NCBI GenBank assembly: GCA_910588625.1
Contig: CAJUQN010000002.1
Span: forward strand, 60,323-124,322
Direction of reading: 5' to 3'
DNA: 64,000 nt
Origin: an uncultured Oscillospiraceae bacterium
GTDB taxonomy: Bacteria > Bacillota > Clostridia > Oscillospirales > Oscillospiraceae
Part shown: piece after piece, positions 19,252-27,939 of the stretch
Layout: each line of letters begins with the position of its first letter
How positions within the stretch are numbered: the first letter of the stretch is position 1
Made by a program: the position numbers and the translations under genes
The notes under the pieces: model-generated
Told to the model about the DNA's origin: nothing
What the model saw: the letters and a program-made list of their open reading frames with translations, nothing else
The model's database searches: none

Positions 19252-19291
19252 CGCGCCCCTGGCCCTGTCGATCCAGGCGGCCAGGGGCGCG
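19252..19291 (-). other. 13-bp GC-rich intercistronic stem-loop
   Basis: CGCGCCCCTGGCC..(14 nt)..GGCCAGGGGCGCG, between the SBP and permease genes. No U-tract follows it. Confidence 0.5.
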
Positions 19292-19455
19292 TGAAATGCG
19301 CTGTATGTCTATATGAATGGTTCAAACGGTGCTTTTTTCATGGAGCCCCCGCCGCGGCTCAGCGAAGCGGGAGCGGTGGGGAGAGAAGAAAGGAATGGAG
19401 CGGGCGAAGCCTTGGCCGTCAGGCCGAGGCGCAGCAGAGCGGAATTTCGTTCCAC

Positions 19456-20871
19456 TCAACCTGCGTATTTGGTCAGCATTTCCACCCAGCTGCCCACGGT
19501 GAAGGACACCTCGGCGCAGTACTCCGGGTCCTCCAGCACCAGCTTGCCGTCGGTGGTCCACCAGTCGTAGCCCCGGTCGTTCTTGGCCTCGAACTCCACG
19601 GTGGCGCCGTCCTCAGCCATGCCGCCCTTAGAGTGGCCGTATTTCTCCTCGGTGCCCGCCGCCACGGTGGGATTGGAGGAGTAGCCGCCCATGTCCTTGC
19701 CCCAGGCGGAGAAGCCGTCCACGGTCTCGGTCATGTAGGCGATGAAGGCGCAGGCGGTCCAGGGCAGGGGGCTGTTGTCGGTGACGAACAGATAGTGGCA
19801 GTAGCCAAAACCGCCGATGCCGGTGTAGCCGTCGTCATAGGCGGCTACGTTGATGTTGTTGACGGACACAGAGCTGGACTCCTCCACGGAGCGGAGCTTG
19901 GAGTACACCAGCAGGCCGAACTGGTCGGTGGCGGACTTGTCCACCAGGGTGTTGCAGATGGGGCCGTCATCAGTCTGGGCGTTGTAGGACTCCACCCACA
20001 GCTTGATCCACGCCAGGGCATAGGCGCCGTTCTCGCCCAGGCCCAGGTCCTCGGCGTCAGCCTTCATCTCGTTGATGGTGGGCTGGAAGTAGGCTTGTTC
20101 GTCGGCGGACAGAGCGTCAAAGGCCTCCTTCAGCCATCCGGCGTACTTGTCCTGAGTCAGCATATACAGGAAGTTCTTGCCCACGATCTCGGAGTCGATG
20201 TCCATGTACAGGCCGTGCTCACCCTCGGCGATGAAGTCCCAGCAGTTGTCATAGATCTTGGAGCCGGTGTTATTGTACATAAACACCTTGTTCAGGGTCT
20301 GGAGGGCCAGATAGCCGTCATAGCTGTCGGCAGAGGTGCTATTGGCCTCGGCCCACTCTTTGGGGATGAAGGTGTCCAGGATGCCGGTCTGGACCATCTT
20401 GGACTCGATCTGGTTGCCGTCCTGGATGAGGGTCATGGCGAAGGTGCCCTCGGGCTTCAGGGAGTCGGCGGTGAGCTGGTCGAAGATCTTGTTGTTCTTG
20501 GGCTGCTGCCAGTCAAACTCCATGCTGTAGCTGGAGTCGATGGACTGGAGGTACTCGATGAACAGGGGCAGGGCGCTCTTGCCGCGGCTGGAGTTGCCCA
20601 CGCCGAAGAAGGTCTTGCCGTTGGACTCCTCAATGGCCTTCTGGGCCAGCTCCTCCAGGGTCATGCCTTCGGCCTCTTTGATGATCTTCTGCACGTCGCT
20701 GAGATTCTCGTCCACGGGGGCGGGGGTGTTCTGCTCCGCGGGGGCGGAGGCCTGGGCCTCCTTGCTCTCCTGAGGCGGGGCGCTGTTGTCGGCGGCGGGA
20801 GTGCCGCAGGCGGCCAGGCTCAGGGCCATGGCGCAGGCCAGGAACAGTGCGGTCAGCTTTTTCAATTTCAT
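19456..20871 (-). CDS. ABC transporter solute-binding lipoprotein
   Basis: The start was set at MKLKKLTALFLACAMALSLAACG (lipobox), with SD AAGGAGG upstream. It belongs to the large Afu/Pot-like SBP group. The substrate is unknown. Confidence 0.8.
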   Translation of the reverse strand: MKLKKLTALFLACAMALSLAACGTPAADNSAPPQESKEAQASAPAEQNTPAPVDENLSDVQKIIKEAEGMTLEELAQKAIEESNGKTFFGVGNSSRGKSALPLFIEYLQSIDSSYSMEFDWQQPKNNKIFDQLTADSLKPEGTFAMTLIQDGNQIESKMVQTGILDTFIPKEWAEANSTSADSYDGYLALQTLNKVFMYNNTGSKIYDNCWDFIAEGEHGLYMDIDSEIVGKNFLYMLTQDKYAGWLKEAFDALSADEQAYFQPTINEMKADAEDLGLGENGAYALAWIKLWVESYNAQTDDGPICNTLVDKSATDQFGLLVYSKLRSVEESSSVSVNNINVAAYDDGYTGIGGFGYCHYLFVTDNSPLPWTACAFIAYMTETVDGFSAWGKDMGGYSSNPTVAAGTEEKYGHSKGGMAEDGATVEFEAKNDRGYDWWTTDGKLVLEDPEYCAEVSFTVGSWVEMLTKYAG

Positions 20872-20990
20872 TTCAGATCCTCCTTTGTCATTGCGTACAA
20901 ATCGAGCGGGGACTATCCTGTTCCCCATTGTCTATTTTATTGTAGCGGCAATTGGAAAAAATGAACAGGGGACAAACCTGCGTTTTTTAG

Positions 20991-21106
20991 GAAAATTCTG
21001 CGGAAGTTGTGGAAAACTTACGAAAACTGTTGGACAGACCAGGGAATGTGTTGGCATATCGCCGTATTGGGAAAGGATGGGGGGGCGGGAAAACTGTAAT
21101 AAAACT
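20991..21106 (+). repeat. five direct copies of GAAAAYT(GT) in divergent promoter region
   Basis: Copies start at 20991 (GAAAATT), 21012, 21022 and 21089 (GAAAACT) and 21100 (TAAAACT). Spacings are 21, 10, 67 and 11 nt, so the pairs are about one helical turn apart. Confidence 0.5.
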
Positions 21107-21181
21107 GTAAAAGTCAGATTCTTCCGTAGGTGGTATAATATGATCCGATAGGATCCACCCATGACGGACAAGGAGGTCAAC

Positions 21182-21961
21182 ATGGACGAGATTTTAGCTT
21201 TCCGAAGCATCATTTGGGACAATGAGGACTATCAGGAGACCGTCAAAGGGGAAGAATTTCGGGCTTTGATGGAATTATGCTTTGACCGGGCGGACCACTT
21301 TTCTTTGTGCCGGACGGACTGGCCGGGGGCCAAGGACGGGCCGCTGGAGCGGGCCCTGCGGCCCTATCGCCTGGGCGAGTATCTTTCCTATGGACGGCTG
21401 ATCTGGTTCGGCCATGAGGCGTGGGAGAAATGCTACGTCTACCCGGCTAACCAGGAGACCAAGGCCATTTTCCTGTCCCACATCACCCACCTGTTCGGGC
21501 GGGATGTTGAGCGGCCCGACGGCTCCGACGGGCCGCCGGAGAAATACAAAGCCTGCGTGGAGCTGTCGGAGGCGGCCTACGAGCGGGTCATGGAGCGGGT
21601 GGAGGCCGAGGAGGCGATATTCGGCGCCATCAGCGACGAGGACTTTGCCGCCATCGAGGAGGAGGAGCTCCAAGAGGCAAAGAAGCTGTGGGAGGAGGTC
21701 TTTGACGAGGCGGACTTCGACAGTAATTTGGAGGACCCGTGGTTTTTCCGGGGGGACGACCTGTTTTTCCGAACCATTACCCATGAATACGACTGTCTGG
21801 TCCACGTCCCGGATGAGGACTTTGGGGAACGAATCAAAGAGCTGGGGCGGTGGGTGGATGTCTCTGACCGTCGTTATCTGCGGCCTTTGGGCTTTCTCAG
21901 CGAATGCCAGGGACTGACCTGGTACGAAAAAGACGGACAGCTCGCGGTGGATGAGGGCTGA
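21182..21961 (+). CDS. hypothetical acidic protein
   Basis: The start was set at MDEILAF, which has AAGGAGG 5 nt upstream; the track start at 21161 has no SD. The central stretch is strongly acidic (EAEEAIFGAISDEDFAAIEEEELQEAKK). I recognise no family. TGGTATAAT lies at 21131-21139. Confidence 0.6.
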   Translation: MDEILAFRSIIWDNEDYQETVKGEEFRALMELCFDRADHFSLCRTDWPGAKDGPLERALRPYRLGEYLSYGRLIWFGHEAWEKCYVYPANQETKAIFLSHITHLFGRDVERPDGSDGPPEKYKACVELSEAAYERVMERVEAEEAIFGAISDEDFAAIEEEELQEAKKLWEEVFDEADFDSNLEDPWFFRGDDLFFRTITHEYDCLVHVPDEDFGERIKELGRWVDVSDRRYLRPLGFLSECQGLTWYEKDGQLAVDEG

Positions 21962-21965
21962 AACA

Positions 21966-22002
21966 CAAAAAACAGCGGAAGGATTGCCCCTCCGCTGTTT
22001 TG
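21966..22002. terminator. bidirectional terminator
   Basis: AAAAAA-CAGCGGAAGG-attgcc-CCTCCGCTG-TTTT, between convergent genes. Confidence 0.7.
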
Positions 22003-22003
22003 C

Positions 22004-22636
22004 TCAATTTCCGCCCGTCAGCTCCTGCCACCACTCAATGAGCCGGAATTTCAGTACATACCCGCCGTCCTGCCCAGTGATGAGGGCAATTTGGTCCTCA
22101 GATAGCACGCCCCCCGCCGCTGTTTCTACGGATTCCTCCGATACGGAGGCCAGGCATAGAGGCGGGAACACCACGCACCACCAGTTGCGGCCTCTGCCCT
22201 CTCCGATGGTGACCTTCAGCGCCCGATACTGCCCGGCGGGGAGGGAAAAGCCGTCGTATTCCTTGGTGGGGAACCACTGGTCTGCCAGGGTGACAGTTAC
22301 TGGTTCCATGTGGCCTGTCCGGGCCAGGGCCTCCGCTCCGGCCTGGGCCAGCTCCTCCAGGTGGGGGGAGAGCGCCGCCTCCGCCCCTTTGCGGTCGCCG
22401 ACGCTCTCCAGGAGCCGGGAGGCCTCCGCCAGCACCGCGTCCCGCACCAGCAGCTTCCTGGCCTGGTCGGAGTCCGAGTCGGAGTTGGCTACCACATGGA
22501 GGCGTAAAATCTGGTCTGCCAGAGCGCTCTCGCTGGCCGAGGCCCACACGCCCACGGTCAGGGTCAGGCCGAAGGCCAGGAACAGGGCCGCTTCCCAAAG
22601 GCGCAGTTTTTGCATGGAAAAAGTGGAAGTATTCAT
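22004..22636 (-). CDS. spoIIR: stage II sporulation protein R
   Basis: Carries the SpoIIR hallmarks LRLHVVANSDSDSDQARKLLVRDAVL and RNWWCVVFPPLC. The ATG at 22636 was preferred over the GTG at 22645. Confidence 0.9.
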   Translation of the reverse strand: MNTSTFSMQKLRLWEAALFLAFGLTLTVGVWASASESALADQILRLHVVANSDSDSDQARKLLVRDAVLAEASRLLESVGDRKGAEAALSPHLEELAQAGAEALARTGHMEPVTVTLADQWFPTKEYDGFSLPAGQYRALKVTIGEGRGRNWWCVVFPPLCLASVSEESVETAAGGVLSEDQIALITGQDGGYVLKFRLIEWWQELTGGN

Positions 22637-22667
22637 CAAAAACACCGTCCTATGTACCGTATGGATA

Positions 22668-22697
22668 TAGTATGGACGGCGCCTTCTGCTTTTATAC
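22668..22697 (-). promoter_or_regulatory. possible sigma-F-type promoter (GTATA-15-GTCCATACTA)
   Basis: Resembles the forespore sigma-F consensus (GYWTA-15-GGnnAnAHTR) with one mismatch. spoIIR is sigma-F dependent in Bacillus. Confidence 0.3.
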
Positions 22698-22711
22698 CGC
22701 TGATCTATAAT

Positions 22712-23158
22712 TTACCTTTCTAACTTAACAAGATATTCGGTGGTATCTTCTTCAAACTTTTTCTGACCTGTCAAATGAAAGCCATGACTTTGGTAAAAAG
22801 AAATTGCTCTAATATTTTTTTCTAATGCCCATAAATTATTTGCATGGAGTTCTTTAATTGCAAATTCAATTAGTTCATTGCCAATTCCCTCACTTTGAAA
22901 AGATGTATCTACATATAATTTACAAATTTCTGTTCCGTCCATTTGAATAAAACCCTTTATCAACCCATTATCAAATACATATATATTTTTGATAATTTCA
23001 TCTTTTTTGAAGTAATTATCTACTAATGAAACAACTTGCAATTCCCCAAAAGAAAAACTTTCATCTTTGAATATAGGGAAAAAATTTATCCTATTATTGA
23101 ATACATATATTTCAGCTACTCTTGATAAATCATCTATTATTGCCTTTCTTATATACAT
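22712..23158 (-). CDS. GNAT family N-acetyltransferase (AT-rich, likely acquired)
   Basis: 148 aa with the GNAT core (..LYVDTSFQSEGIGNELIEFAI..AISFYQSHGF). It has its own AAGGAG SD. GC is far below the flanks. Confidence 0.8.
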   Translation of the reverse strand: MYIRKAIIDDLSRVAEIYVFNNRINFFPIFKDESFSFGELQVVSLVDNYFKKDEIIKNIYVFDNGLIKGFIQMDGTEICKLYVDTSFQSEGIGNELIEFAIKELHANNLWALEKNIRAISFYQSHGFHLTGQKKFEEDTTEYLVKLER

Positions 23159-23184
23159 CGTATATCTCCTTTACAAATACGGGT

Positions 23185-24042
23185 TTACCGCGGTCCGGCG
23201 GGCCCGCACAGGAACACGCCTCGATAGCCCTTCGTCAAACGCTCCAGCGCCTCCTGGGCCCGGTTCTTTTGGTCAAACAGGCCAAACACCGACGGACCGC
23301 TCCCCGACATGGACGCCCCCAGCGCCCCGCAGTCGATGAGCGCCGCCTTGATGCTGTTGATTTCAGACAGGCGGCGGGGCTCCAAAACATCCTCAAACAC
23401 GTTGTACATCCGCCGGGCCACGCCAGTGAGGTCTCCGGCCTCCAGGGCGGCGATGACGCCGGCGGTGTCCGGACGGCGGACGATCTTTTTCACCTTCACC
23501 CGCCCGAACAGCTGGGGGGTGGAGATCGAGAAGGGCGGCTTGCAGATAACGATATGGCAGGGCGGCAGGGGGGCCAGCGGGGTGAGGACCTCTCCCCTGC
23601 TCTCGGCCAGGGCGGTGCCGCCCAGAACGCAGAAGGGCACGTCGGAGCCCACCTGCTCCCCAATTTTTGCCAGCTCAGTGGGAGACAGTCCCGCCCCCGT
23701 GAGGCGGTTCATGGCGGAGAGCACAGCGGCAGCGTCGGCGCTCCCCCCGGCCAGTCCGGCGCAGACGGGGACGTGCTTTTGAATGGACACATCCACCTCC
23801 CCCCCCAGACCGGTGGCCTGACGGAAGGCGGCGGCGGCCACCTGGGCCAGGTTCTTGCCTCCAGTGGGCAGGAAATGGAGATCGGACAGGGCCTGACCTT
23901 CCACCCCTCGGGCGGGGACGACGGTGAGGGTGTCCGCCAGCGTCACCGCTTGCATCACCATTTGCAGGTCGTGGTAGCCGTCCTCCCGCTTGCGGAGAAT
24001 GTCCAAGGTCAGGTTGATTTTTGCGTTGGCTGAAAGCTCCAT
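23185..24042 (-). CDS. ispE: 4-diphosphocytidyl-2-C-methyl-D-erythritol kinase
   Basis: N-terminus NAKINLTLDI, GHMP kinase motif PVCAGLAGGSADAAAVL. Confidence 0.9.
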   Translation of the reverse strand: MELSANAKINLTLDILRKREDGYHDLQMVMQAVTLADTLTVVPARGVEGQALSDLHFLPTGGKNLAQVAAAAFRQATGLGGEVDVSIQKHVPVCAGLAGGSADAAAVLSAMNRLTGAGLSPTELAKIGEQVGSDVPFCVLGGTALAESRGEVLTPLAPLPPCHIVICKPPFSISTPQLFGRVKVKKIVRRPDTAGVIAALEAGDLTGVARRMYNVFEDVLEPRRLSEINSIKAALIDCGALGASMSGSGPSVFGLFDQKNRAQEALERLTKGYRGVFLCGPAGPR

Positions 24043-24052
24043 AGCCGCCTCC

Positions 24053-24994
24053 TTATCTGTCTAAAAAGTCCTTGATCTCCGCCGCGATACGCGCATACTC
24101 AAAATCGTGGACGTAGTGGCCGCAGTCTAAGTAAATAATCCGCGCGTCGCTGCAGGTTTCAGCGAACCCGGCCTGAATGGCCCGCCAGTCCTCCTTGGTG
24201 AAGCCAGTGCCGCCGCTCCCGTCGGAGCAGAACAGCAGATAGGGTACGCCGGGGACGCCGCCCCGGGCCACCTGTTTGGCGTTGTCCTTGACGCACAAGG
24301 CCTCGTTTACCATGTCCTCCGTCATGGTGCGGCGGTAGAATACGGCGCGGTAGATATCCTTTTCGTCCTCCCACAGCGTCCCGTGCTGGATGGCGTCGCT
24401 TTCGGACAGTCCGGGGATCAGCCGGGTGATGCCGATGGAAGCGCCGAACTGCATCAGCCGCAGGAGGGGAGCGCTGATTTCCATCTCCTTATAGGCGGCG
24501 GGAACGGACATATCCAGGCCGATGATGGCGGACACCTCGTCCGGGTATGTTTGCGCCCAATACAGCGCCTCGATTCCCGACATGGAGTGGGGGCACAGAA
24601 CATACGGGGGCGTCAGGCCCGCTTGCGTCAGTGCTTCGCGGGTATTTTGCAGAATCGTGGCGATGTCCCGGCTCTTGCCTGTCACGTCGCTGCACCCATA
24701 GCCGAATTTCTCCACCACCGCGATCTTGCAGGTGTCAGTGAGCAGGGAATACAGGGATTTGAAGTCCAGGATGGGAGAGCAGGTGCCGCTGCCGGACATG
24801 AACACGATGGTGTCCTTGCCCTCGCCCCGAATATAGACGCTCATCTGCGCACCGTCCACCATGAGCGTCTCGCCGAGGCTGTAGTAAAGAAGGTCCTCTC
24901 TCTTGAGCTGAAACTGATGGTTAAGGGCGCATATGGCCAGGAGCAGAGCAAAGGCCCCGCCGATGGCCGCGAGGATTTTGAGCACTTTTTTCAT
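24053..24994 (-). CDS. membrane-anchored alpha/beta hydrolase
   Basis: Has an N-terminal TM helix and a nucleophile-elbow-like CPHSMSG. Its start has an ATGA overlap with the aroE stop, and ispE begins 10 nt downstream. Confidence 0.65.
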   Translation of the reverse strand: MKKVLKILAAIGGAFALLLAICALNHQFQLKREDLLYYSLGETLMVDGAQMSVYIRGEGKDTIVFMSGSGTCSPILDFKSLYSLLTDTCKIAVVEKFGYGCSDVTGKSRDIATILQNTREALTQAGLTPPYVLCPHSMSGIEALYWAQTYPDEVSAIIGLDMSVPAAYKEMEISAPLLRLMQFGASIGITRLIPGLSESDAIQHGTLWEDEKDIYRAVFYRRTMTEDMVNEALCVKDNAKQVARGGVPGVPYLLFCSDGSGGTGFTKEDWRAIQAGFAETCSDARIIYLDCGHYVHDFEYARIAAEIKDFLDR

Positions 24995-25836
24995 GTTCCC
25001 TCCCCGCGCAGGGCGTTTGTGGCGACGGCGGCCATTGGCCTCCGGTCCAGGGAACGGTCCAGAAAATGCTCCAGGGCCAGCACAGCCTGGTTCACCAGCA
25101 TGGGCAGGCCGTTCAGCGTCCGCAGGCCCCGGCGGCGGGCCTGGGCTAAAAGCTCCGTCTCAGCGGGGTGGTAGATGAGGTCGAATACCCCGGCGGCTGA
25201 GGGCAGGGCATTCAGGAAAGCGAAATCCTCGAACTGGCTGGGGCAGCCCTCCATGCCCAGGTTGGTGCAATTTACTAAGAGCTGGGACTTTGCCGCCAAA
25301 TTGGACAGCGTATCCACGTCAAACGCGGCGGGAGTCAGGCGCTTGAGCGGGTCGTGGGCACACAGCTCTTCGGCGCGGCCGAGGGTGCGGTTGCAGATGA
25401 AAACCTGTTTTGCCCCCGCCTGGGACAGCGCCAGGGCTGCCGCTTTTGCCGCGCCCCCCGCCCCCAGCAGGGTGACGGTGAGACGGTTGGGGTCCATGCC
25501 CAGACCGTCCTTGAGCGCGGCCACGGCTCCGCCGCCGTCGGTGTTGAAGCCGGTCCATCTCCCGTGTCGGAGACAGACGGTGTTGACCGCGCCTACGGCC
25601 TTTGCCGCCGGGTGGATTTCATCCAGCAGAGGGATCAAATCCTCCTTGTGGGGCATGGTGGCGTTGAAGCCGGTGACGCCGTTCGTCTTTGCCCAGAATA
25701 GGTATTCGGGCAATTCCCCCCGGCGGACCACATGGGCGGTATAGGGGATATCCAGTCCCAGTGCCGCCAGCATGGCCCCGTGGATGACCGGGGACTTGGA
25801 GTGCAGTACCGGGTCGCCGATGACTTGCAAGCTCAT
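24991..25836 (-). CDS. aroE: shikimate dehydrogenase
   Basis: Motifs VIGDPVLHSKSPVIHGA, GFNATMPHK, NTD and GAGGAAKA. Confidence 0.9.
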   Translation of the reverse strand: MSLQVIGDPVLHSKSPVIHGAMLAALGLDIPYTAHVVRRGELPEYLFWAKTNGVTGFNATMPHKEDLIPLLDEIHPAAKAVGAVNTVCLRHGRWTGFNTDGGGAVAALKDGLGMDPNRLTVTLLGAGGAAKAAALALSQAGAKQVFICNRTLGRAEELCAHDPLKRLTPAAFDVDTLSNLAAKSQLLVNCTNLGMEGCPSQFEDFAFLNALPSAAGVFDLIYHPAETELLAQARRRGLRTLNGLPMLVNQAVLALEHFLDRSLDRRPMAAVATNALRGEGT

Positions 25837-26264
25837 TTGCCGCCCTCCAGGAAGTGGTCCATAGCCATCAGATAGCCCTGGAAGCCGTGGCCATAGAGCT
25901 GGCCCACACAGGCGGGGGCGGTGACGGAAATGGAGCGGAAGGGCTCCCGCTGATCGATGTGGCTGATGTGCACCTCATAGGCGGGCACGTCCACCGCCTT
26001 CAGCGCGTCCAGGATAGCGTAGCTGTAGTGAGTGTAGGCGCCGGGATTGATGACAATGGCGTCATAGACGCCGTCAGCGGCATGGATCTGGTCAATGATG
26101 GCCCCCTCGTGGTTGGACTGGAAGCAGTCGGCGGTGGAATCGTGGGCAGCGGCGTAGTCTTGGACAAGGGCGCACAGGGCGCCGTAAGTCTGGTTGCCGT
26201 AGATGCCCGGCTCCCGCTTACCCAAAAGGTTTAGATTGGGGCCGTTTATGATGAGAAATTTCAT
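25833..26264 (-). CDS. aroQ: type II 3-dehydroquinate dehydratase
   Basis: Motifs INGPNLNLLGKREPGIYG..SNHEG..INPGAYTHYS..EVHISH. Confidence 0.9.
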   Translation of the reverse strand: MKFLIINGPNLNLLGKREPGIYGNQTYGALCALVQDYAAAHDSTADCFQSNHEGAIIDQIHAADGVYDAIVINPGAYTHYSYAILDALKAVDVPAYEVHISHIDQREPFRSISVTAPACVGQLYGHGFQGYLMAMDHFLEGGK

Positions 26265-26770
26265 GATTGGGCTACCTCCAGATAGATGGCGGCGATCAAG
26301 CGGTCGGCATACTCCGGGCTTTCCGGGTTTCGGACGAGATAGTCTGAGGAACGGCTGTAAATGGGTGCGCGGAGGGTGTAGCGCTGGATAAAATCTTCCC
26401 GCCCTGCCTGGGCCAGGGGACGGCCCGATACGTCCAGACTATCGTAGGTCTCGCCGGGGTCCCGGTCCAGCCAGAACACCAGGCTGCTTTGCTTGAGGGC
26501 GGCAATGGCCTCGCCCTGCAAGGGCAGACCGCCGCCGCAGGAGATGATAAGCCCCTCTTTTTTGCCCAATTCCCGGCACAACTCCAGTTCCAGGGTTCGG
26601 AAATGGGCCTCGCCGTCCGCGGCGAAAATGTCGGGGATGGAACGGCCCTGGCGCTCCTCAATGAGGGCGTCGGTGTCCACCAGGGGGCGCTGAAAGCGCT
26701 GGGACAATAGCCTGCCTACGGTGGTTTTCCCGCAGCCCATCATTCCGATCAAGACGATGTTTTTCGGCAT
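26261..26770 (-). CDS. aroK: shikimate kinase
   Basis: IVLIGMMGCGKTTVGRLL..DTD. The ATG at 26770 was chosen because AGAGGG lies 8 nt upstream; the track starts at the GTG at 26779. Confidence 0.9.
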   Translation of the reverse strand: MPKNIVLIGMMGCGKTTVGRLLSQRFQRPLVDTDALIEERQGRSIPDIFAADGEAHFRTLELELCRELGKKEGLIISCGGGLPLQGEAIAALKQSSLVFWLDRDPGETYDSLDVSGRPLAQAGREDFIQRYTLRAPIYSRSSDYLVRNPESPEYADRLIAAIYLEVAQS

Positions 26771-26784
26771 GGAGCACACCCTCT

Positions 26785-27939
26785 TTAGTCTAAATTAGAG
26801 CGGAACCACCCCAAAACGCGGAACTCCCCAGTGGTTTGCGCCAGCTCATGGAGGACGTCGTTGACGGTGGGGTTGTCGGGGGCCCCGGTGAACTCCAGGA
26901 AAAACATATACTGCCAGCTCTGCTCGGGCAGGGGGCGGGACTCCAGCTTCACCATATTCAGCCCGTGGAGGTTGAACACGGTGAGCACCTCGTGCAGGGA
27001 GCCCGCCTCATGGGGCAGGACAAACAGGGTGCTGATTTTATCTGCCCCCGGCCTCAGCTCCAGCCGGGGGGAAACCACCACAAAACGGGTGGTGTTGTGG
27101 CTGTTGTGGTTGATGGCATGGGCCAAAATCTCCAGCCCATACAGCTCCGCCGCCCGGTCAGAACAGATGGCGGCTTTTGTAATGTCCCCGCTGTCCGCCA
27201 CCATTTGAGCAGAACCGGCGGTGTCCGCCTGGGGCACCTGCTTCCAGTCCGGGTGGGTGTTCAGATACCGTTCGCACTGGAACAGCCCTTGCTCATGGGA
27301 GTAGACGTGGGTAATGGTATCCAGAGTGGCGCCCTTGGGGGCCATGAGGCAGTGCTCCACCCGCACGGTGGTTTCGCCCACCATGTAGCACTCGTACTGA
27401 GTCAGCAGGTCGTAGATCTGCCGGATGGCGCCGGTGGAGCTGTTCTCAATGGGCAGCACGGCGTAATCCGCCTGGCCCTCCCGGAGAGCCAGGAAGCAGT
27501 CCTCGAACTGCTCCAGCCCGACGGCGCCGGCGCCCTGGCCGAAAAAGTTCAGCGCGGCCTGCTCGCTGTAAGCCCCCGGCACGCCTTGATACACCACTTT
27601 GGGAGCGGCCACGGGCTGGCGCTTCGCGGCCTGAGCCTCCCGCCAGCGGCGGACGCCGGGGTTGTCGGGGCCCTGACCCATCAAATCCCGCTGCTGCCGC
27701 CGGGACAGGGCCATAATGGTTTGATAGAGGGTGATAACGGCGGGGCGCAGCTCCTCCCCGGCCAGCGCGCCCTTGTTTTGCAGCACCTGGCGCTCCCGCT
27801 CCTGGTCCAGGACGGGGAGGCCCTGGGAGCGCTTGTATTCCCCCACCTTGTGGGTCACATCCATGCGCTGCCGGAACAGCTCCACCAGACGGCGGTCAAT
27901 GGCGTCGATGTCCTGGCGCAGGGTCTGTAGATTGTCCAT
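26785..27939 (-). CDS. pheA: bifunctional chorismate mutase / prephenate dehydratase
   Basis: The N-terminus is an AroQ-type chorismate mutase (LRQDIDAIDRRLVELFRQRM), followed by a PDT domain (VYQGVPGAYSE) and a C-terminal ACT domain. Confidence 0.9.
   Translation of the reverse strand: MDNLQTLRQDIDAIDRRLVELFRQRMDVTHKVGEYKRSQGLPVLDQERERQVLQNKGALAGEELRPAVITLYQTIMALSRRQQRDLMGQGPDNPGVRRWREAQAAKRQPVAAPKVVYQGVPGAYSEQAALNFFGQGAGAVGLEQFEDCFLALREGQADYAVLPIENSSTGAIRQIYDLLTQYECYMVGETTVRVEHCLMAPKGATLDTITHVYSHEQGLFQCERYLNTHPDWKQVPQADTAGSAQMVADSGDITKAAICSDRAAELYGLEILAHAINHNSHNTTRFVVVSPRLELRPGADKISTLFVLPHEAGSLHEVLTVFNLHGLNMVKLESRPLPEQSWQYMFFLEFTGAPDNPTVNDVLHELAQTTGEFRVLGWFRSNLD

Noticed and set aside
19237-20964. 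A 575-aa plus-strand ORF. The same judgement applies to similar long shadow ORFs at 18032-19240, 35789-36955, 43253-44773, 44993-46378, 47761-49356, 56275-57513 and 59546-60478.
   Set aside because: Each lies opposite a gene with clear family motifs (SBP lipoprotein, permease, thiI, V-ATPase A/C/I, ftsH, metG). They have repetitive Gly/Ala/His/Val composition and lack SD sequences.
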